A stretch of DNA of 64,000 nucleotides from the human T2T-CHM13v2.0 reference genome, Homo sapiens (GCF_009914755.1 NC_060926.1), one strand, 5' to 3'. Positions 17,101 to 35,410 are shown, numbered from the stretch's first letter. Numbers and translations: made by a program. The notes: a model not told the origin generated them from the sequence alone.

Positions 17101-18150
17101 CAGGCAGTCCTTACCTTGCAGGGCTCCAGTATGCACAAATTTCAATTACCACAGTTAAATAACACCCATTCCCCAAAAATATAGTTCCAATTTTAGTTAC
17201 CATTCTATATTAACCATAATGGCATAAAGCATAAACTCGGGCTGCTGGCTCTTCAGGCCACCAACCATCGTAGAAATAACAGATGCACATCCTATCATGA
17301 CCAACGGCATCATTTCTTTCAAAGGCTGTTGTGATCGGTCACTGCGCCCTTGTCATTCTTTTTGTGCCCACCTTGCGGAGACATGTGGCTGTGTTGCCTC
17401 CTTGTCTCCCAGGGACAAACCCACATGACATTTTACAAAAATGGGTAATTGAAAGAGGGAGTTGGTGAACAAAGGTAAAAGTGCAGTAAAGAAATGCAAA
17501 GTGATAGTGTTCAACGTAAAATTTGAATTGAATGCAAGACTGTGGGAAGTTGATAACTGCCCCTGCTGATGTGAACCAGCGGTCCTTAGTGAAGGTGAAC
17601 TTATGCACATACATCAAGAGGTTGTGACAAAAAGGTTGAAAATGTCCCAGAGAAAGCGACACTGTCAAAAAACAGCATTGAAGGAATACTGGGAGATATT
17701 TTACAACATTGAAAGAACAAAAGCTAAAACATTAGCAGTCGATCCAAACTTAGAAAGGAATGTGACAATTCTTCAAAACAGAGAAACTATATTTTCTCTG
17801 TATCATAAGTTACATGACTAGAAGGCAAACTATTTAACCTACTCTCGATCGTTTTTTTACAAAGAAATGACACTTTAATTTTTCATGTTTCTAACATTTT
17901 AAACTACAGTAGAAGTAAATATTAGTTGTAATTTTGTTATTTTCTTGTACGTGTATAATGACATGAGTTTTCTCATTGATTTTAAAATTACTATTTTTAA
18001 TTAATAATTGAAAAATTGTATATACCTGTGGAGTACAGTGTGACATTTTGATCTATGTATATGTTATGGAATGAGTAAATCAAGCTAGTTTCCCATCAGT
18101 TATTAAGATCTCTTCGCATGGTCTCAGCTTACACAAAGTGAGACCTGCCT
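17101..18150 (+). mobile_element. Non-autonomous TcMar-Tigger DNA transposon (Tigger6a-like) with transposase remnants
   Basis: Imperfect TIRs caggcagtccttaccttgca / cacaaagtgagacctgcct; remnant peptide LKEYWEIFYNIERTK..VDPNLER (ORF 17603..17821). Confidence 0.65.
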
Positions 18151-18180
18151 ATATTTGTAGATTATAAAAGATTTAACTGA

Positions 18181-18429
<249 letters not shown>

Positions 18430-18721
18430 TAAGTCTCCCAGCTAAAAATGTTTGCCCACTGGTATTGACAAGGTTGTTATACCAAGTGATTATGCCTTTC
18501 CTGTTGGGCCAGCTGCTTACATTGCTCCCAGATGGCTGCCCTGCCTTATGCATACCCTGGGCTCAGGCAGCTTCCTGACTTACGCCATGGTCTACAGAAG
18601 CAGCTGCCAGCAAAAGCCAGGCCTGAAAAGGGTTCCTTTACAGAGAAGAGTATCAGTAGGCCTTTGCTACTCAAACTGGATTGCTGTTAAGTGAGGACTT
18701 TTATTAGAAGCCTTAAAAATA

Positions 18722-18935
18722 GGCCGAGTGCGGTGGCTCACACCTGTAATCCCAGCACTTTGGGAGGCCAAGGCAGGCGGATCACTTGAGGTCAGGAGTT
18801 TGAGACCAGCCTGGCCACCATGGCAAAATGTCATCTCTACAGAAAATACAAAAATTAGCTGGGCATGATGGCACACGCCTGTAATCCCAGCTACTTTAGA
18901 GGCTGAGGCACAGGAATTGCTTGAACCCAGGAGGG
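18722..18935 (+). mobile_element. Alu, 3'-truncated
   Basis: Left arm and part of the right arm; no tail. Confidence 0.9.
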
Positions 18936-20257
18936 TTGTTGGCAGGTTGGAGTGGGACAGAATGAGTGAGGGGTGTATGGCTATACTTTGGAGGGGGCTG
19001 AGCCTCCCTCTTTCATTGCTCCACCTTCAGAATGCTACTAGAACATCCCACTCGCTCCAAGACTTGCCATAGGCGTGGGAAGGGCTTAAGATTGGCAGCC
19101 AGGCTACGCTTTATTTGTGTTCATCCCAGTCTTAGGGGTCAGTTACTTTAGTCTTTATAAGCCTATTCTTACAATTGTTATACCTTAGTATGTGAATTCT
19201 AAGAATGACTATTTTAAAGAAGTGGACAAAATCTGATCTAAATCTTGAACATATAATTGACTAAAATACATCCCAGGATCTTGGTGTGACATGTGGGTTC
19301 ATCATAAAACAAGTACAGAGAACCTCTGCAGAAGCTGCAAGAGTAGCTCATTAATATGTATTAAAGGCCTGCTAGGCACTGGGCACTGCGGTAGCCTGGA
19401 ATACAGTGGTGAACAAAATCCTGCCCTCATGGGGTTCACAGTTCATGGGGAGTCAGGCAGTAGTCAAGCAGTCACAAAATAGATTAAAAATGGCAACTGT
19501 AATACATTCTATATAAAGGGGTAAGAATGTGTCAGAAAAATTTGGCTGCATTAAGAAAGTCAGGGAAGGCCTTTGTGCAGAAGTGGCTGACACCAGAGCT
19601 AAGATCTGAAGAAAGAGCAGGTATTCATTAGATGAGAGAGAAGAAGAGCATTACAGCCAGAAGGAGCAGCACATGCCACATTACCAAAAAGTGGGGCTGC
19701 TGAGTACAGCAAATATATTAACAAGATTACAATACTATTTCAAATATTTAGAAATAAAACTATTTCCAGGAACCATTAAACTCAGCAGAAGCTTAAAACA
19801 AATGAAAGACTTGTAACAGGTTATTGTTATCTATGTCGAAGTCAGTTCCCATGGATCCTTACTACAAGATCTATTCATTTGTTCCTTTTGTAAAACCACT
19901 TTCCAGCTCATTTTTAAATGAAAATACTTTTATTTTTACTTATAAAAGTAACATTATATTTTTTTAAAAATCAGATTATATCGAATAGTCAAAAGGAGAA
20001 AGTGAGGCCCATTTCAGGCCCATAGATGGTGTTGGTTGCTATTTTGGCATACGTCTTTCCAAGTGCTTTGCTTTGTGTACATCAGTATTTTTTTCAAAAT
20101 TGTGTTATCTCTTTAAAATAATCTATGTACCTAAGGTAACTTGAGATTAAATCTGTAATCTAGACTTTCAAATTCATAATACTTTCCCACCAATTAGTCT
20201 AAAACAGTGACTAAATGGATTATTAAAATAGACTTCATTTTTTATTTTTAAAATTAA

Positions 20258-20545
<288 letters not shown>

Positions 20546-20549
20546 TTAT

Positions 20550-21930
20550 TTTTTAGAACAGTTTTAATTTTACAGAAACATTGAGAAGATAGTACAGAGA
20601 TTTCTCATATGCTCCATACCTAGTTTCCCCTATTATTAACAGCTTACATTATTAGTGTCACACGTGTCCATGTGAAGAGACCACCAACAGGTTTTGTGTG
20701 AGCAGTAAAGCTTTTTAATCACCCGGGTGCAGGTGGGCTGAGTCCGAAAAAGGAGTCAGCAAAGGATGGTGGAATTATCATTAGTTCTTACAGGTTTGGT
20801 ATAGGCAGTGGAGTTATCCAATATCCAATATCCACTGGAGGACCAATTTTTTGTAAGCAGGGGGTGGATCTTGCAAAGTACATTCTCAAGGGCCCGGGAG
20901 AATATTACAAAGTACCTTCTCAAGGGTAGGGAGGGTGTATCATACAAAGTACATTCGCAAGGGTGGGGGAATACCACAAAGTACATTATCCCAAGGGCAG
21001 GGAGGGTGTATTGTCACAAAGTCAATTGATCAGTTAGGGTGGGGCAGGAACAAATCACAATGGTGGAATGTCATCAGGTAAGGCAGGAACTGGCTATTTT
21101 CACTTCTTTTGTGGATCTTCGGTTGCTTCAGGCCATCTGGGTGTATACGTGCAGGTCACAGGGGATATGATGGCTTAGCTTGGGCTCAGGGTCCTGACAA
21201 TTAGTACAATACATTTGTTACAGTTAATGAGCCAATATTGATCCATTGTCATTAACTAACATCTCTACTTTCTTGAGATTTCCTTAATTTTCACCTAATG
21301 TCCCTTTAGTGTTCTGGGATCCCTTCCAGGATGCCACATTTTACAGTCAGTCATCACATCTCCTTAGGCTCCTCTTGGCTGTGGCCATTTCTTAGACCTT
21401 CCTTGTCTTTGATGATCTTGCCAGTTTTCAGAAGTGTTAGTCGGGTGTTTTGTAGGATGCCCCTCTATTGCAATGTGTTCGATGTTTTGCTGATAATGAG
21501 CAGGGGTTATGGGTGATTGAGAGGAGGAGCACAGAATTAAAATGCCATTGTCATCACTTCTTATCAAGGGTGCATATTAACATGATGTATCACTGTTGAT
21601 GTTGACATTGATCACCTGGCTGAAGTAGTATTTGCTGGGTTTCTCTACCATGAAGTTATTTTTTCTCCCTTTCCCTACTGTTCTTTGGAAGCAAGTCACT
21701 ATGCATAGCCCATATTGACAGCATGAGGGTTTAACTCCCTCCACCCCTTACTAGCTACATAAAATATTTGGAATTCTTCACCACAGGAGATTGGTGTCTT
21801 TTCTTCCATTCATTCATTCAATCATATTTTCATAAGTATAGACTTATGGATATTCATTTTATACTCATAGTCTAGTATTACTTTAGTTTCTTGCTCAGAC
21901 TGTTACAGCTTTGGCCACTGGGAGCTTATC
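20550..21930 (-). mobile_element. Old L1 (L1MC-like) 3' end split by an LTR7 insertion
   Basis: agaacagttttaattttacagaaacattgagaagatagtacagag...; sequence resumes after 21204. Confidence 0.6.
20656..21199 (-). mobile_element. HERV-H LTR7-family solo LTR (LTR7C-like), antisense in MERTK intron 10
   Basis: Minus strand starts TGTCAGGACCCTGAGCCCAAGCTAAGCCATCATATCCCC and ends GTGTGACA; perfect 5-bp TSD ATTAG (20651, 21200). Confidence 0.92.
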
Positions 21931-22078
21931 TGTTATTCTCTGTTCTTGGCGGTACCTGGCTAGAGTAGTTTCAATATTGCCAAGTAAGTCTAAAATAAAT
22001 CAAAGGAAAGAAACACGTTTCTTCTAGGGGGAAAGCTTTTGTTGTAGAAGAGCCCATTGAAAAGCGGAAGCTCTGTAG

Positions 22079-22273
<195 letters not shown>

Positions 22274-23537
22274 TAAAATAGTTGAGAACAAAGAAGGATC
22301 AATAGACAGATTTCTAACAAAAGCCAAAGATGTCGAAGAAGAATGGATATTTTTAATGTACAAAATGTCTTTAAAAGCAGCAAGTAGATAGCCAGACATT
22401 GCCATGCACAGCTCTGTGGGCTAATTTACTGCAATCAGGAGCTTGACCTGGGGTTAAAAGGACTCACAATGTCATGAAATGTGGCAGAAAAGAGGAACCT
22501 TCTAGGGTGACAGAAGATGGGTAGAGGCCAGGGATTTAAAGAAAACTTCTAACTAGTGAACATAATCTCAAGCCTCATTTCCTGTTTTCCTGGCAACCAA
22601 CTCCGAGGATGATTTGCCAACATGCTTTATAGTAATTATGGTTTGAGCTTTGCTGAATCAGAGAGTGGGGGCTTCTGGTTTAAACAGCGGAAATAAACAG
22701 ACACTAGTGTTCCTGAATAATTTCAGAAAAAGTATAGAAAGGACATGCAAATATTAACAAATTCATGCTTCTGGATGTTTGCCCCCAATAAAGAAAATAG
22801 ATAAGAATGACAGAATACAGGTTGCTATGAAATAGAAACTTGCTTGGTGTAGAATATTATTAATTTCTTTACCTTTCTAGTCTGTAAGTTTTGACTTTTA
22901 GATATCCTCAATTTTTTTTTTAATTTAAAATTTTAAAATTTGTCATTTAGACCACTTTCTTTCCTTTATTGGAGAACCACTGGATAAAGCTTTTTCTCTG
23001 AGAACTAATGTGTCCTAATTATCCACATTTTTTTGATCTTTCAAGAGCTTGTTCATGCCTTAACTGTGGTCCAGACTGAATCATTTGCCAAGAGTTGTTG
23101 AACTGGTCCCCTTCTGGTTAATTTCTCTTGTTGCCAACATGACTCATCTATTATATACCTTACTATATTATATATTTTATTATAGAAAAATCTTTTTCTC
23201 CAATTCCTCAAAGTGCTCAATTTAGCCCTTGCTATGCTGTTATAATAGGTTTCATATACAGTATGTAAAATAAGAGCTTATTCTCTAGATGTTTCCTGTG
23301 GTTTGTGAGACTCCGTCCATGGCATGGGAGGGTAGGGGACGTGTGGTTCTTTTGTATACTGTAGTCAAGGGTATAATATTAATAGTAAAGAATTCACCAG
23401 AAATTACCTATTGACTTATCTTCCTTACCCCTTTAAGTCAAAGGCAAACCACCCCTACATGAATCTGATTACCGGCTGCTGCTACCACACAACAGAATGA
23501 GAAATGTGGTTCTGATTTTTGTAATTCTTCAGAATTA

Positions 23538-23978
<441 letters not shown>

Positions 23979-24043
23979 TTAATTATCAAGTGAAAGAAAA
24001 CACGCTGACAATTTTTGTACATACTATGTTACTCCTTTTTCAG

Positions 24044-24139
24044 TACATAGCTTGGGAGTCAGTGAGGAACTACAAAATAAACTAGAAGATGTTGTGATTG
24101 ACAGGAATCTTCTAATTCTTGGAAAAATTCTGGGTGAAG
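24044..24139 (+). CDS. MERTK: MERTK exon 12 (96 bp): [31 protein letters not shown]
   Basis: tttttcag| acceptor, GAAG|gtaagc donor; start of kinase Gly-rich loop. Confidence 0.96.
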
Positions 24140-24855
24140 GTAAGCAATTTAAAGTAATTCTTTTAAAATGTGGGATAAGAAGGTAGCAGTTTAGAATAAT
24201 TCTTTAACATATATTTATTAAATAAAATAGCATCTCAGGACTCTGAGTTATACTATGGATAGTTATATTTTATTATTTAAAATGATAGACTATTGATTTT
24301 TGAAACTCAGATCTGGCACATGAAAAGATTCTCTTCAATGCCTAGCACATACAGGTCCTTGAAAAATATTAATTTTCTTTCTTCATTGAAAAGCATGTAA
24401 TTCATTGAGTAGTTTCCTATGTACTTTAAGTTTATTCCTCTAGTTCTTAAGTTCATTGTTCTTGGCACCTTTCTAATTAGGAACAAAAATGAAAATACGT
24501 ATTTAACTTGTTAAGTTGTTCTTAGGATGAATGATAATGGTATTAAAAGTTTGTGCTTTAAAAACTTCAATAATATTTTTCATGTTCTCTTCTAAGTGTC
24601 TTGGATTGGTTATAATGCTTAATAAAGTGATGAGCAAAGGTAGGCCCAAGCCACCCAAGCTCGTGACAAGCAGGAGACTAGAGCGTGGCGCATCACCCTG
24701 GTTTGCGATGTGGGTGGCCTGGGCAGGCTCTGCCTGGCTGCCCGTGGGTGAGTTGCTCTCATACCACATGAAACCAGCAGCTCTGGCACTGTAGCATTTC
24801 TGTGGTCAGGGAAGAGTTTGCACAGTGTCCATACAGGTGTTCTTTCACTTCACAG

Positions 24856-24936
24856 GAGAGTTTGGGTCTGTAATGGAAGGAAATCTTAAGCAGGAAGATG
24901 GGACCTCTCTGAAAGTGGCAGTGAAGACCATGAAGT
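24856..24936 (+). CDS. MERTK: MERTK exon 13 (81 bp): [27 protein letters not shown]
   Basis: tcacag| acceptor, AAGT|gtgagt donor; end of GxGxxG loop and VAVK catalytic lysine. Confidence 0.96.
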
Positions 24937-25581
24937 GTGAGTTATCAGTGATGAATCCCATTCTTCTAGGGTGGGCAGTTGCTTCAGTATTGGGTGCTCC
25001 ATGAGGCCATATGTCACAATCTCAGTTCCCAGTGGGCCAGAAGGCAATGTGGAACACTGGTCACCAAGGGGGACTTACTTTAATGAGCTCTTCATGCATG
25101 CATTACATATTCTTTATACTCAAGGCAATAACATTTTTTATTTTTACTAACTCCTGCATGCCTATGCATACATACTGTCTGTCTTGCTCTCTCTCCTTCT
25201 CTCACTGTCTCTCTTTCTCTCACTCTTATCTAGTAGAGCTAACAACTCCAAAGTAGAGCATCAATTGCTGAGGCAGGGGTGATCTAATAGCAACATCTGA
25301 CCCCAGGGGTTGTTCTGGCCGGCCTGTCTAGTGTGGTGGGGCCACTTCCTCATTTGAGGATGATTGCATGGCCCTGAGGAAGCTGCGGGCTGCCTGGCAA
25401 GTAAGTTCCCCAGAAAGAGGAGAAATATTTGGTCAAGGCATATGAAGAGTTGCTATCATAAGCTAGAACTTCCAAGCAAGCTGGGAAGAGAGCCAGCAGT
25501 GAGACAGGGAGAGTCTTGTAAGTCACAGCCAAGAACCTGCTTTATCCTGCAAGGAGTAGAGCGCTATTAAGAGGCTTAACC

Positions 25582-25864
25582 AGCCGGGCACGGTGGCTCA
25601 CGCCTGGAATCCCAGCACTTTGGGAGGCTGAGGCGGGCAGATCACAAGGTCAGGAGTTTGAGACCAGCCTGACCAACTTGGTGAAACCCCGTCTCCACTA
25701 AAAATACAAAAATTAGCCGGGCGTGGTGACACACACCTGTAATCCCAGGTGACTGAGGCAGGAGAATCACTTGAACTCGGGAGGCGGAAGTTGCATTGAG
25801 CCGAGATCACACCACTGCATTCCAGCCTGGGTGACAGAGTGAGACTCCGTCTCAAAAAAAAAAA
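25582..25864 (+). mobile_element. AluS-type SINE
   Basis: Alu consensus. Confidence 0.95.
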
Positions 25865-26019
25865 GAGTCTTAGCCAAATGAAGAATAGAGCAGGTTAAAT
25901 TCCAGAAAGTTCACTTTGATGTCAGTGTGGAGGAGAACAAATTACAGTGTTGACAAAAATAGTGGTAGATGCCAGTTAGGACACTGTAAAATCTATGCAG
26001 TCTAGGCCCTCTCAAATAC

Positions 26020-26360
<341 letters not shown>

Positions 26361-26831
26361 TGACTTGTCTAATTGAAATAGCTAGAAAGGGGGCAGGTTG
26401 TGCTGGGCTTCTTCATTACCATAAGATGACCAGATTTCACTGGCAGAGCAAGGCAGCATTTCCTCTCCATGTCCTTCTTCCAGGAAGTGCATTTCTGGAG
26501 CTGGGGCCACACAGCTGTATAAGTTTGATTCTATAGGTGTCTGGCTGGGCATGGCCTATCACTGGGGAACTTAGAAAATAGGTCGTGGTCACGTGGCATT
26601 TCACCCAGTCTTCATCATGAATCATGGATGGAGATTATTTGGTGCTCAGTTTGTCAATATTCTTGATGTTGCTTCCTTATTAACCCCTTGTACCTATTCA
26701 ATACTATTTTTGATCAGGGAATAAAGTAAAATTGGATTCTTCCTAAAATTTAAATCCACTATTTACTGGACATTAAAGCATAAGTTAGATTGTAAGCATG
26801 TACTGAGACTCTTAAATGAAAAGGCTGAAGT

Positions 26832-27140
<309 letters not shown>

Positions 27141-27959
27141 TGAAGCTTAATTCAGCTATAAAAAGGAACCACAATAACCAACAAGTCACATGAACCGGTA
27201 CTTTTTAAGTAGACCATAATGACTAATATTTATGTAATACTCACTGTTAGCCAAAGGACATTGCAGTTATTCCTGTATTTCATCAGGACAACAGGAAGAG
27301 AAAATGAACATAACTAAAAAGGAGGTTCAGGAACTAGCCCCCAGAAACTAAAACACCCTGAAGTTAGAATACTCACTGGAGCTGAACCAAGCACTGAGCC
27401 ATATTCTGCACTGTTCCTGCCTCTTGTATGATTTTATCTGAGCCTCACAGTGCATCTGTGGGGAGTCCTTCCATAATTCCTATTAGGGATATAAGGCAGG
27501 TATATTAGGAGGCCTGGTGGGAGGAGCTGGGCCTGGAACCCACTTTTTCTCTGGCTTGACTCTGCAGTTATTTAATTTCATTAGGGTAAATTGCATAGGG
27601 ATTACACCCCTGCTAATTGTCAAAGATTGAGAGTATAATCTCTAGCTTCAAAATCCCCAGGCTCAGCTACATTTACCTGCAGGTTGGACCCCTGGGGAAT
27701 AGTCTGCAGGCAGAGCCCTACCCCTGTATTCCCCCACCTGGTTGTTTGCAGCAAAAGGAATAGGTGAGGGCAAATTTTTGCAGATGTATAGATTTTCTTT
27801 TAATTAGAAAAATTTTTAAATTTTTCTAAATTTCCTTCAGTAGAAAGAAGATTAATATATATTAAGCCAATGTATAGACACTGCATTAGATGCCCTCATG
27901 CATGATTTTAATCAGTAGTTTTACCCTGTTAACGCAAATTCCCTAAGGCAAGCCAGACT

Positions 27960-29230
<1,271 letters not shown>

Positions 29231-29328
29231 CCTGACCTGGGTTTTAGAGAACAGAACTGCTGTTGCCCACCCACTCCCCTTAATTGAGTAAATTATCCAT
29301 ACTTAACCTTTTCTATTTTCTCCTCTAG

Positions 29329-29421
29329 TGGACAACTCTTCACAGCGGGAGATCGAGGAGTTTCTCAGTGAGGCAGCGTGCATGAAAGACTTCAGCCACC
29401 CAAATGTCATTCGACTTCTAG
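29329..29421 (+). CDS. MERTK: MERTK exon 14 (93 bp): [30 protein letters not shown] (alphaC helix)
   Basis: cctctag| acceptor, CTAG|gtactt donor; HPNV motif. Confidence 0.96.
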
Positions 29422-30490
29422 GTACTTCCGAGAAATGCAGGAGTGGGTGGCCAAGAGGGCTCTGCTGATCTGCTCTGTGCCAAAGGAAAAAATCTCTGGT
29501 GTAGATAAGTTTACACTTCGTATAACCCCAACATAACTTATAACATTGAGGTTTTCACCCAGACTTTTCTTCATAATGATGTTTTCTGAGGCTAATAGTA
29601 ATAATGAGTTTGCATTTTCTGGACGCTGATAGGCTCAGGAATGATTTGAGTTTTCCACAGAATTCTAGGAGAGTGTGAATTAAATTGTCCTCAGTTACTC
29701 AAAGGCAAGACACAGAGGTGGTTGTGTTATAATTTTTATTAATTTAAGGTTATGCATGAGTTAGATAGCAGTGGGATAAAGGTGAAAAAGTAGGCAAATT
29801 CCGTAGGTTTATCTTTGAGAAATAATTTATTAACCTGTTTGAAAGTACTGATTTCTTAAGATCATGATACATTGATGATTTCATGGAATATGATTTAACA
29901 GTTCCATAGAACATGATTTAACGTAATTTGGCTTTGCAGCTCCATTAGCCAAAAATTACAAAAGAGGAGATTAAGTATGGAGTGGATGCTGTGTAAGTGG
30001 CTCTGTCCCAAGAGAGAAGAGTAACCTGGAAATAATTGAATTTTCTGCTGACCTTGGTGTTTTGTTTTTGCTTTGCCATCCTGTGACTGCATACATGCTA
30101 AGTTCTTTTGGGATCTTTCAAAGTTTCATATGATTGGCACTGCAGAGAGATGTGAAAATCAATGTTTGTATACAGTATTATGTCAAATAAGCTACTGTTA
30201 TTCATTCACTGCTATTGGCTTCAGCCGACTATGAGAACAATTGCACTTTGTGATCACACCACAGAGTGCAGGAGCTTTGCAAGCATGGGATCAGGTGATA
30301 GCCTCTGGCTCTCAGATTCCATGATAAATGATATTATAGCTTCTCTTTTGCAAAACTGTTAAAATTTAGGGATGTGAATTTTACCTATAGCCCTTCAAAG
30401 TTATTGTAATAGTTTAAGCATTTGCAGTGGACTTCTTCACGTGATTAAATATCTATCACATGAAACTAGTTCGCCCTAGTTCAATACTAG

Positions 30491-30586
30491 TTCAGTATTG
30501 ACTTTGAGGGTTGTAGCGTTAAGGAATCATAGCCACTGGGGACATTGTGTCTTTCATTTCCTAGGCCTCCTTATCTGAAACAAAAA
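30491..30586 (+). repeat. 96-bp dispersed direct repeat, copy 1 (intron 14)
   Basis: 94/96 identical to 31606-31701. Confidence 0.95.
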
Positions 30587-30853
30587 TCTTATGGGGTCAC
30601 TACCCCTCAGACTCAGTGGAACAGAAATTCCTAGGTTTCTAGATGGCTATACTTGTTACAGTTTAATTTGTGACAGCCCTCATGCCCTCATTAATCTGAA
30701 AGGGGGAAAAATACCAGTAGTGGACCCTGTGTGTGTTCCATTTTCTAGAACAGAGTGTGAGTTAGGCGCTCTTGATTTTTTCAAACTGTTAACTTGGTAA
30801 CACACGGCTTCAGTTTTTCCAGTGGTCCACGAGGGCTTTTCTGGTCACAGTAA

Positions 30854-31036
<183 letters not shown>

Positions 31037-31605
31037 TGAACACTTCTCAGGGCTTATGTGACTTAGCCAGGACAACCAAATCATCTAATCTTGAAAGTGA
31101 AGCCAGGAAGGAGAGGACGTTGACTTTTGTTCAGTGCTCCCTGTGTGTCCAGGGTTGAAATGTGGGGTCTATCCTCACAGCAGGCCTGCTCCAGGTATTA
31201 TTATCCTGCTTTATGGTGGGTAAGTGGCTGCGTGCACAGTCTTATGGACAAAGCCTTACCAACTTGAGTTGGGTGGCCCAGGCTCCTGGTTCTGCACTTC
31301 ACAACCCTCATGGCCGCATACTCCCCAGAGCTTGCAGACTATGGGAAGGCCATTGAAGGTGGCTCTCCTAAAAGAAATTTTACAGAGCTCATTCTGGATT
31401 TCAACCTTTGAAGAAGTGTTGGTGACCAAGAAGACTGCACAACTGACATTCTGAAAACTGTTTGTAACATTTTACTCCCTATGTTGACTTACCCACCATG
31501 AGCACTGTGAAGCCCTGGGAATGTTGGATGTAGCTGTAGAGGCAGTTACGGATCATCTAGGAAATTTAGGACCATGGAGACGCTTGCCTTTCTTCAGGGT
31601 CAATT

Positions 31606-31701
31606 TTCAGTATTGACTTTGAGGGCTGTAGCGTTAAGGAATCATAGCCACTGGGGACATTGTATCTTTCATTTCCTAGGCCTCCTTATCTGAAACAAAA
31701 A
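31606..31701 (+). repeat. 96-bp dispersed direct repeat, copy 2 (intron 15)
   Basis: 94/96 identical to 30491-30586. Confidence 0.95.
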
Positions 31702-32414
31702 CAGTATCCTCCTGTTATGTTTTGTGGACAAACGGTAGACTGCGAGCAGGCGGTGTGTGTCCTGACTACATGCCCAGCTAAGCAGGACGCCCCTTCCTGC
31801 CTTGCACGCATCTTCTCTGTTGCAAAAGGCAGCGATCCTGCGGGGTTCTGGTTGGGACACATGTGGGAACAGGGTGTGGCTGGCCTCTGTCAACAGTCAT
31901 TCTCTGACTGGGCAAAAGGCAAAAGTCACTCCAGATCATCACTGCCCTTAATCACAGCTGTAAGAAACCACAGGTCCTGGGAAGGAACCGAACCACCCAG
32001 TCTACACCTTGGCATTCTCGGACACACCCCACCTTTGTCCCTTTAGCTGCCATCAGTATGAGGACCGCTGAGTGCAGTGGTGCAATTAGGAACAACTGCT
32101 TCCTTCACTGCATCAGCGATGGCTCCAGGAAAGAATTCTTGCTGCTCTTGCTTGATGGTCTGATGAGTCCACAGGATGAAAGTGCAAGGAAATTAGTTCT
32201 TAGGGACCATGAAAACTCACTCCCACTGGCTCTGCAGACAAAACACAGGGGAAAATGTCCCATGCAGCACCAGTGTGGTGGAGTTCTGCACACTCCCCTG
32301 TATCTACAAACCTGGGGTGACAGTGGCCTAGGGTCAGCCAGGTCGCTTTTCCAAGTGAAGCAGTGCCATGGGACTCACTCACAAACTATTAACCAAAGGA
32401 AGTTTATTAAGTTC

Positions 32415-32875
<461 letters not shown>

Positions 32876-33155
32876 TTATTCACAGTGAGGGAGCTATGGG
32901 CACCAGGAGCACAGGGGCTCAAATGCCCAGTGGGCCAGGCAGAGCCCAGTGGGGGCATAGGGGCAGGAAGTGTGCAAGGTAACTAGACTGGGGGGTGTGG
33001 TGTCTGCGCACAGATGCAGAACCTCATGGTGGCAGGGCCAGGACTTCTTCGTTTCAGTAACCTGGAGAATGTTGGCAGATAGATCAGAGGTGGTGATTGG
33101 AATATGAAGCCCCATATGCTGTGGGGTCTGCTGTTTAGAAGGAGGGATTGTGCAG

Positions 33156-33299
33156 AGAAATGTGCATTCCCTTCCCCCCGCCCCCCACATCAGTCACTGA
33201 GCATCCTCATGTCAGGGAAGCCACACACAGAAATGTGCATTCACTTCCCCCCCACCCCCACACCCAGTCATTGAGCATCTTCATGTCAGGGAAGCCACA
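33156..33299. repeat. Two-copy tandem duplication, period 73 bp
   Basis: agaaatgtgcattc..C-run..cagtca(c/t)tgagcatc(c/t)tcatgtcagggaagccaca twice. Confidence 0.9.
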
Positions 33300-34759
33300 T
33301 TCCTTCTAAAAGATGTTTGGGCCCCATGTGCTGTCAGAGAAGCTTCTTGTTTTTGGAGTCCCCTCTTCTTGGCTTGTTCATTATAACATCTCTGGATGCA
33401 GGGTGCCTTTCAGTTCCCCGGTGGAGGCTGCATGGAGTTGCTTTCTAGTTGTTCACTGAGGGTGAACATGCTCCCTCCATTCATCTTCTCTTTGTCATGA
33501 GCGTATCCATCCTCAGGATCAGAAGATGTGTTGGGAATTGGTAGGCCAGCTTGCTTGCCTCAGCAGTGCCCCTAAGAGGGGCAGCAACCCCTGCCCTGAA
33601 TCCTTCCAGCATGGAGAAACTAGAGAGAAGCGGAACCTCAGACTGAAGTGCCCCGACCTCCGGTAACTTATGAACTTAATAACCACAAGTCACAGGTGAC
33701 TGATAGAGTTACAGTGAACCATGATGACAAGAATGACAACTGAGGGCCTTCATGGGGGAAGTCGGCTTAGAAAAACACTAGTCCTCATCCCAAGAGACAG
33801 GTCCATCTGTAGAAACAGCCCTTTATTTAAAATTTGGGAAAGCTGAAACAAATAGGCAAAAATGTGAGACCCAATTTAGGGTCAGCACATGCTGGAGCCT
33901 CCTTTTCCACTTCCAGCTGACGTTGTTGGTATCTTACGCCTGTGTGTGATGGAGGGGAGGGTACTTTTGCTTTGCTTTTTTTCCCCCTTTTACTCTTTCT
34001 CTTCTTCCTAGGGACAGCTTAAGTGATCAGGACAGGAGAGTGGCCCCCTTTCTTTTTTCCAGTTCCCCCCTGGCCCCATGCCCACATGTACTCCTGTTCT
34101 CTTCCATGAGAATGCACTTGTCTTTCACCAACATGAGTACTAACCGTAGAGACAGGAGGCTGCAGCTGCATCACACAGCTGTTATAAAATCACCGAGACT
34201 CTTCCAAAGAGGTGAGGGGCCTAGTCCTACACAGAAAATATAATAGACAGGGCTGAGTATTTTCCTTCTCTTTTTCCCCCAAAAAGAAAGATGATTGCAT
34301 TATAGGAAGTCTGTAAAAGGATAAAAAATTACCCACAATTCCCAACACCTTAGTACAATTGTTGGCGATTTCAGACATTCATCTCTCATTGTTCACTCAA
34401 TGCCTACATTTCTCATGGCCTTCACGTCACTACATACACACTTGCCCCTGGGATGACAGTGGCTAACCTTTCTCAAGCATGTAGCATAGGCCAGCCTGTA
34501 TTTTGTATGTATTAATGCACCAGTGGCACAACAGCCCTAAAAAGTAGTTACTAGTGGAATCTAAGCTGAGGAAACTGAGGCACAGGGGGCCATGGTGAAA
34601 GCAGGATTGGCCCCCAGGCTGCAGACTGTGAGCCTTCAATGCTCTTCTGACTGCCCCATTCTGTGTGCACCCCTCTCCAGCAGGGCAGCCCCCACACAGA
34701 TCCCTGTGAGTGGCGGCACCACATCATTTCAGTGGGTTTTGTTTCATGTTGATGGGTGA

Positions 34760-35410
<651 letters not shown>

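Noticed and set aside
17420-17821. Domesticated TIGD-like transposase
   Set aside because: Only short disrupted fragments in an internally deleted Tigger element.
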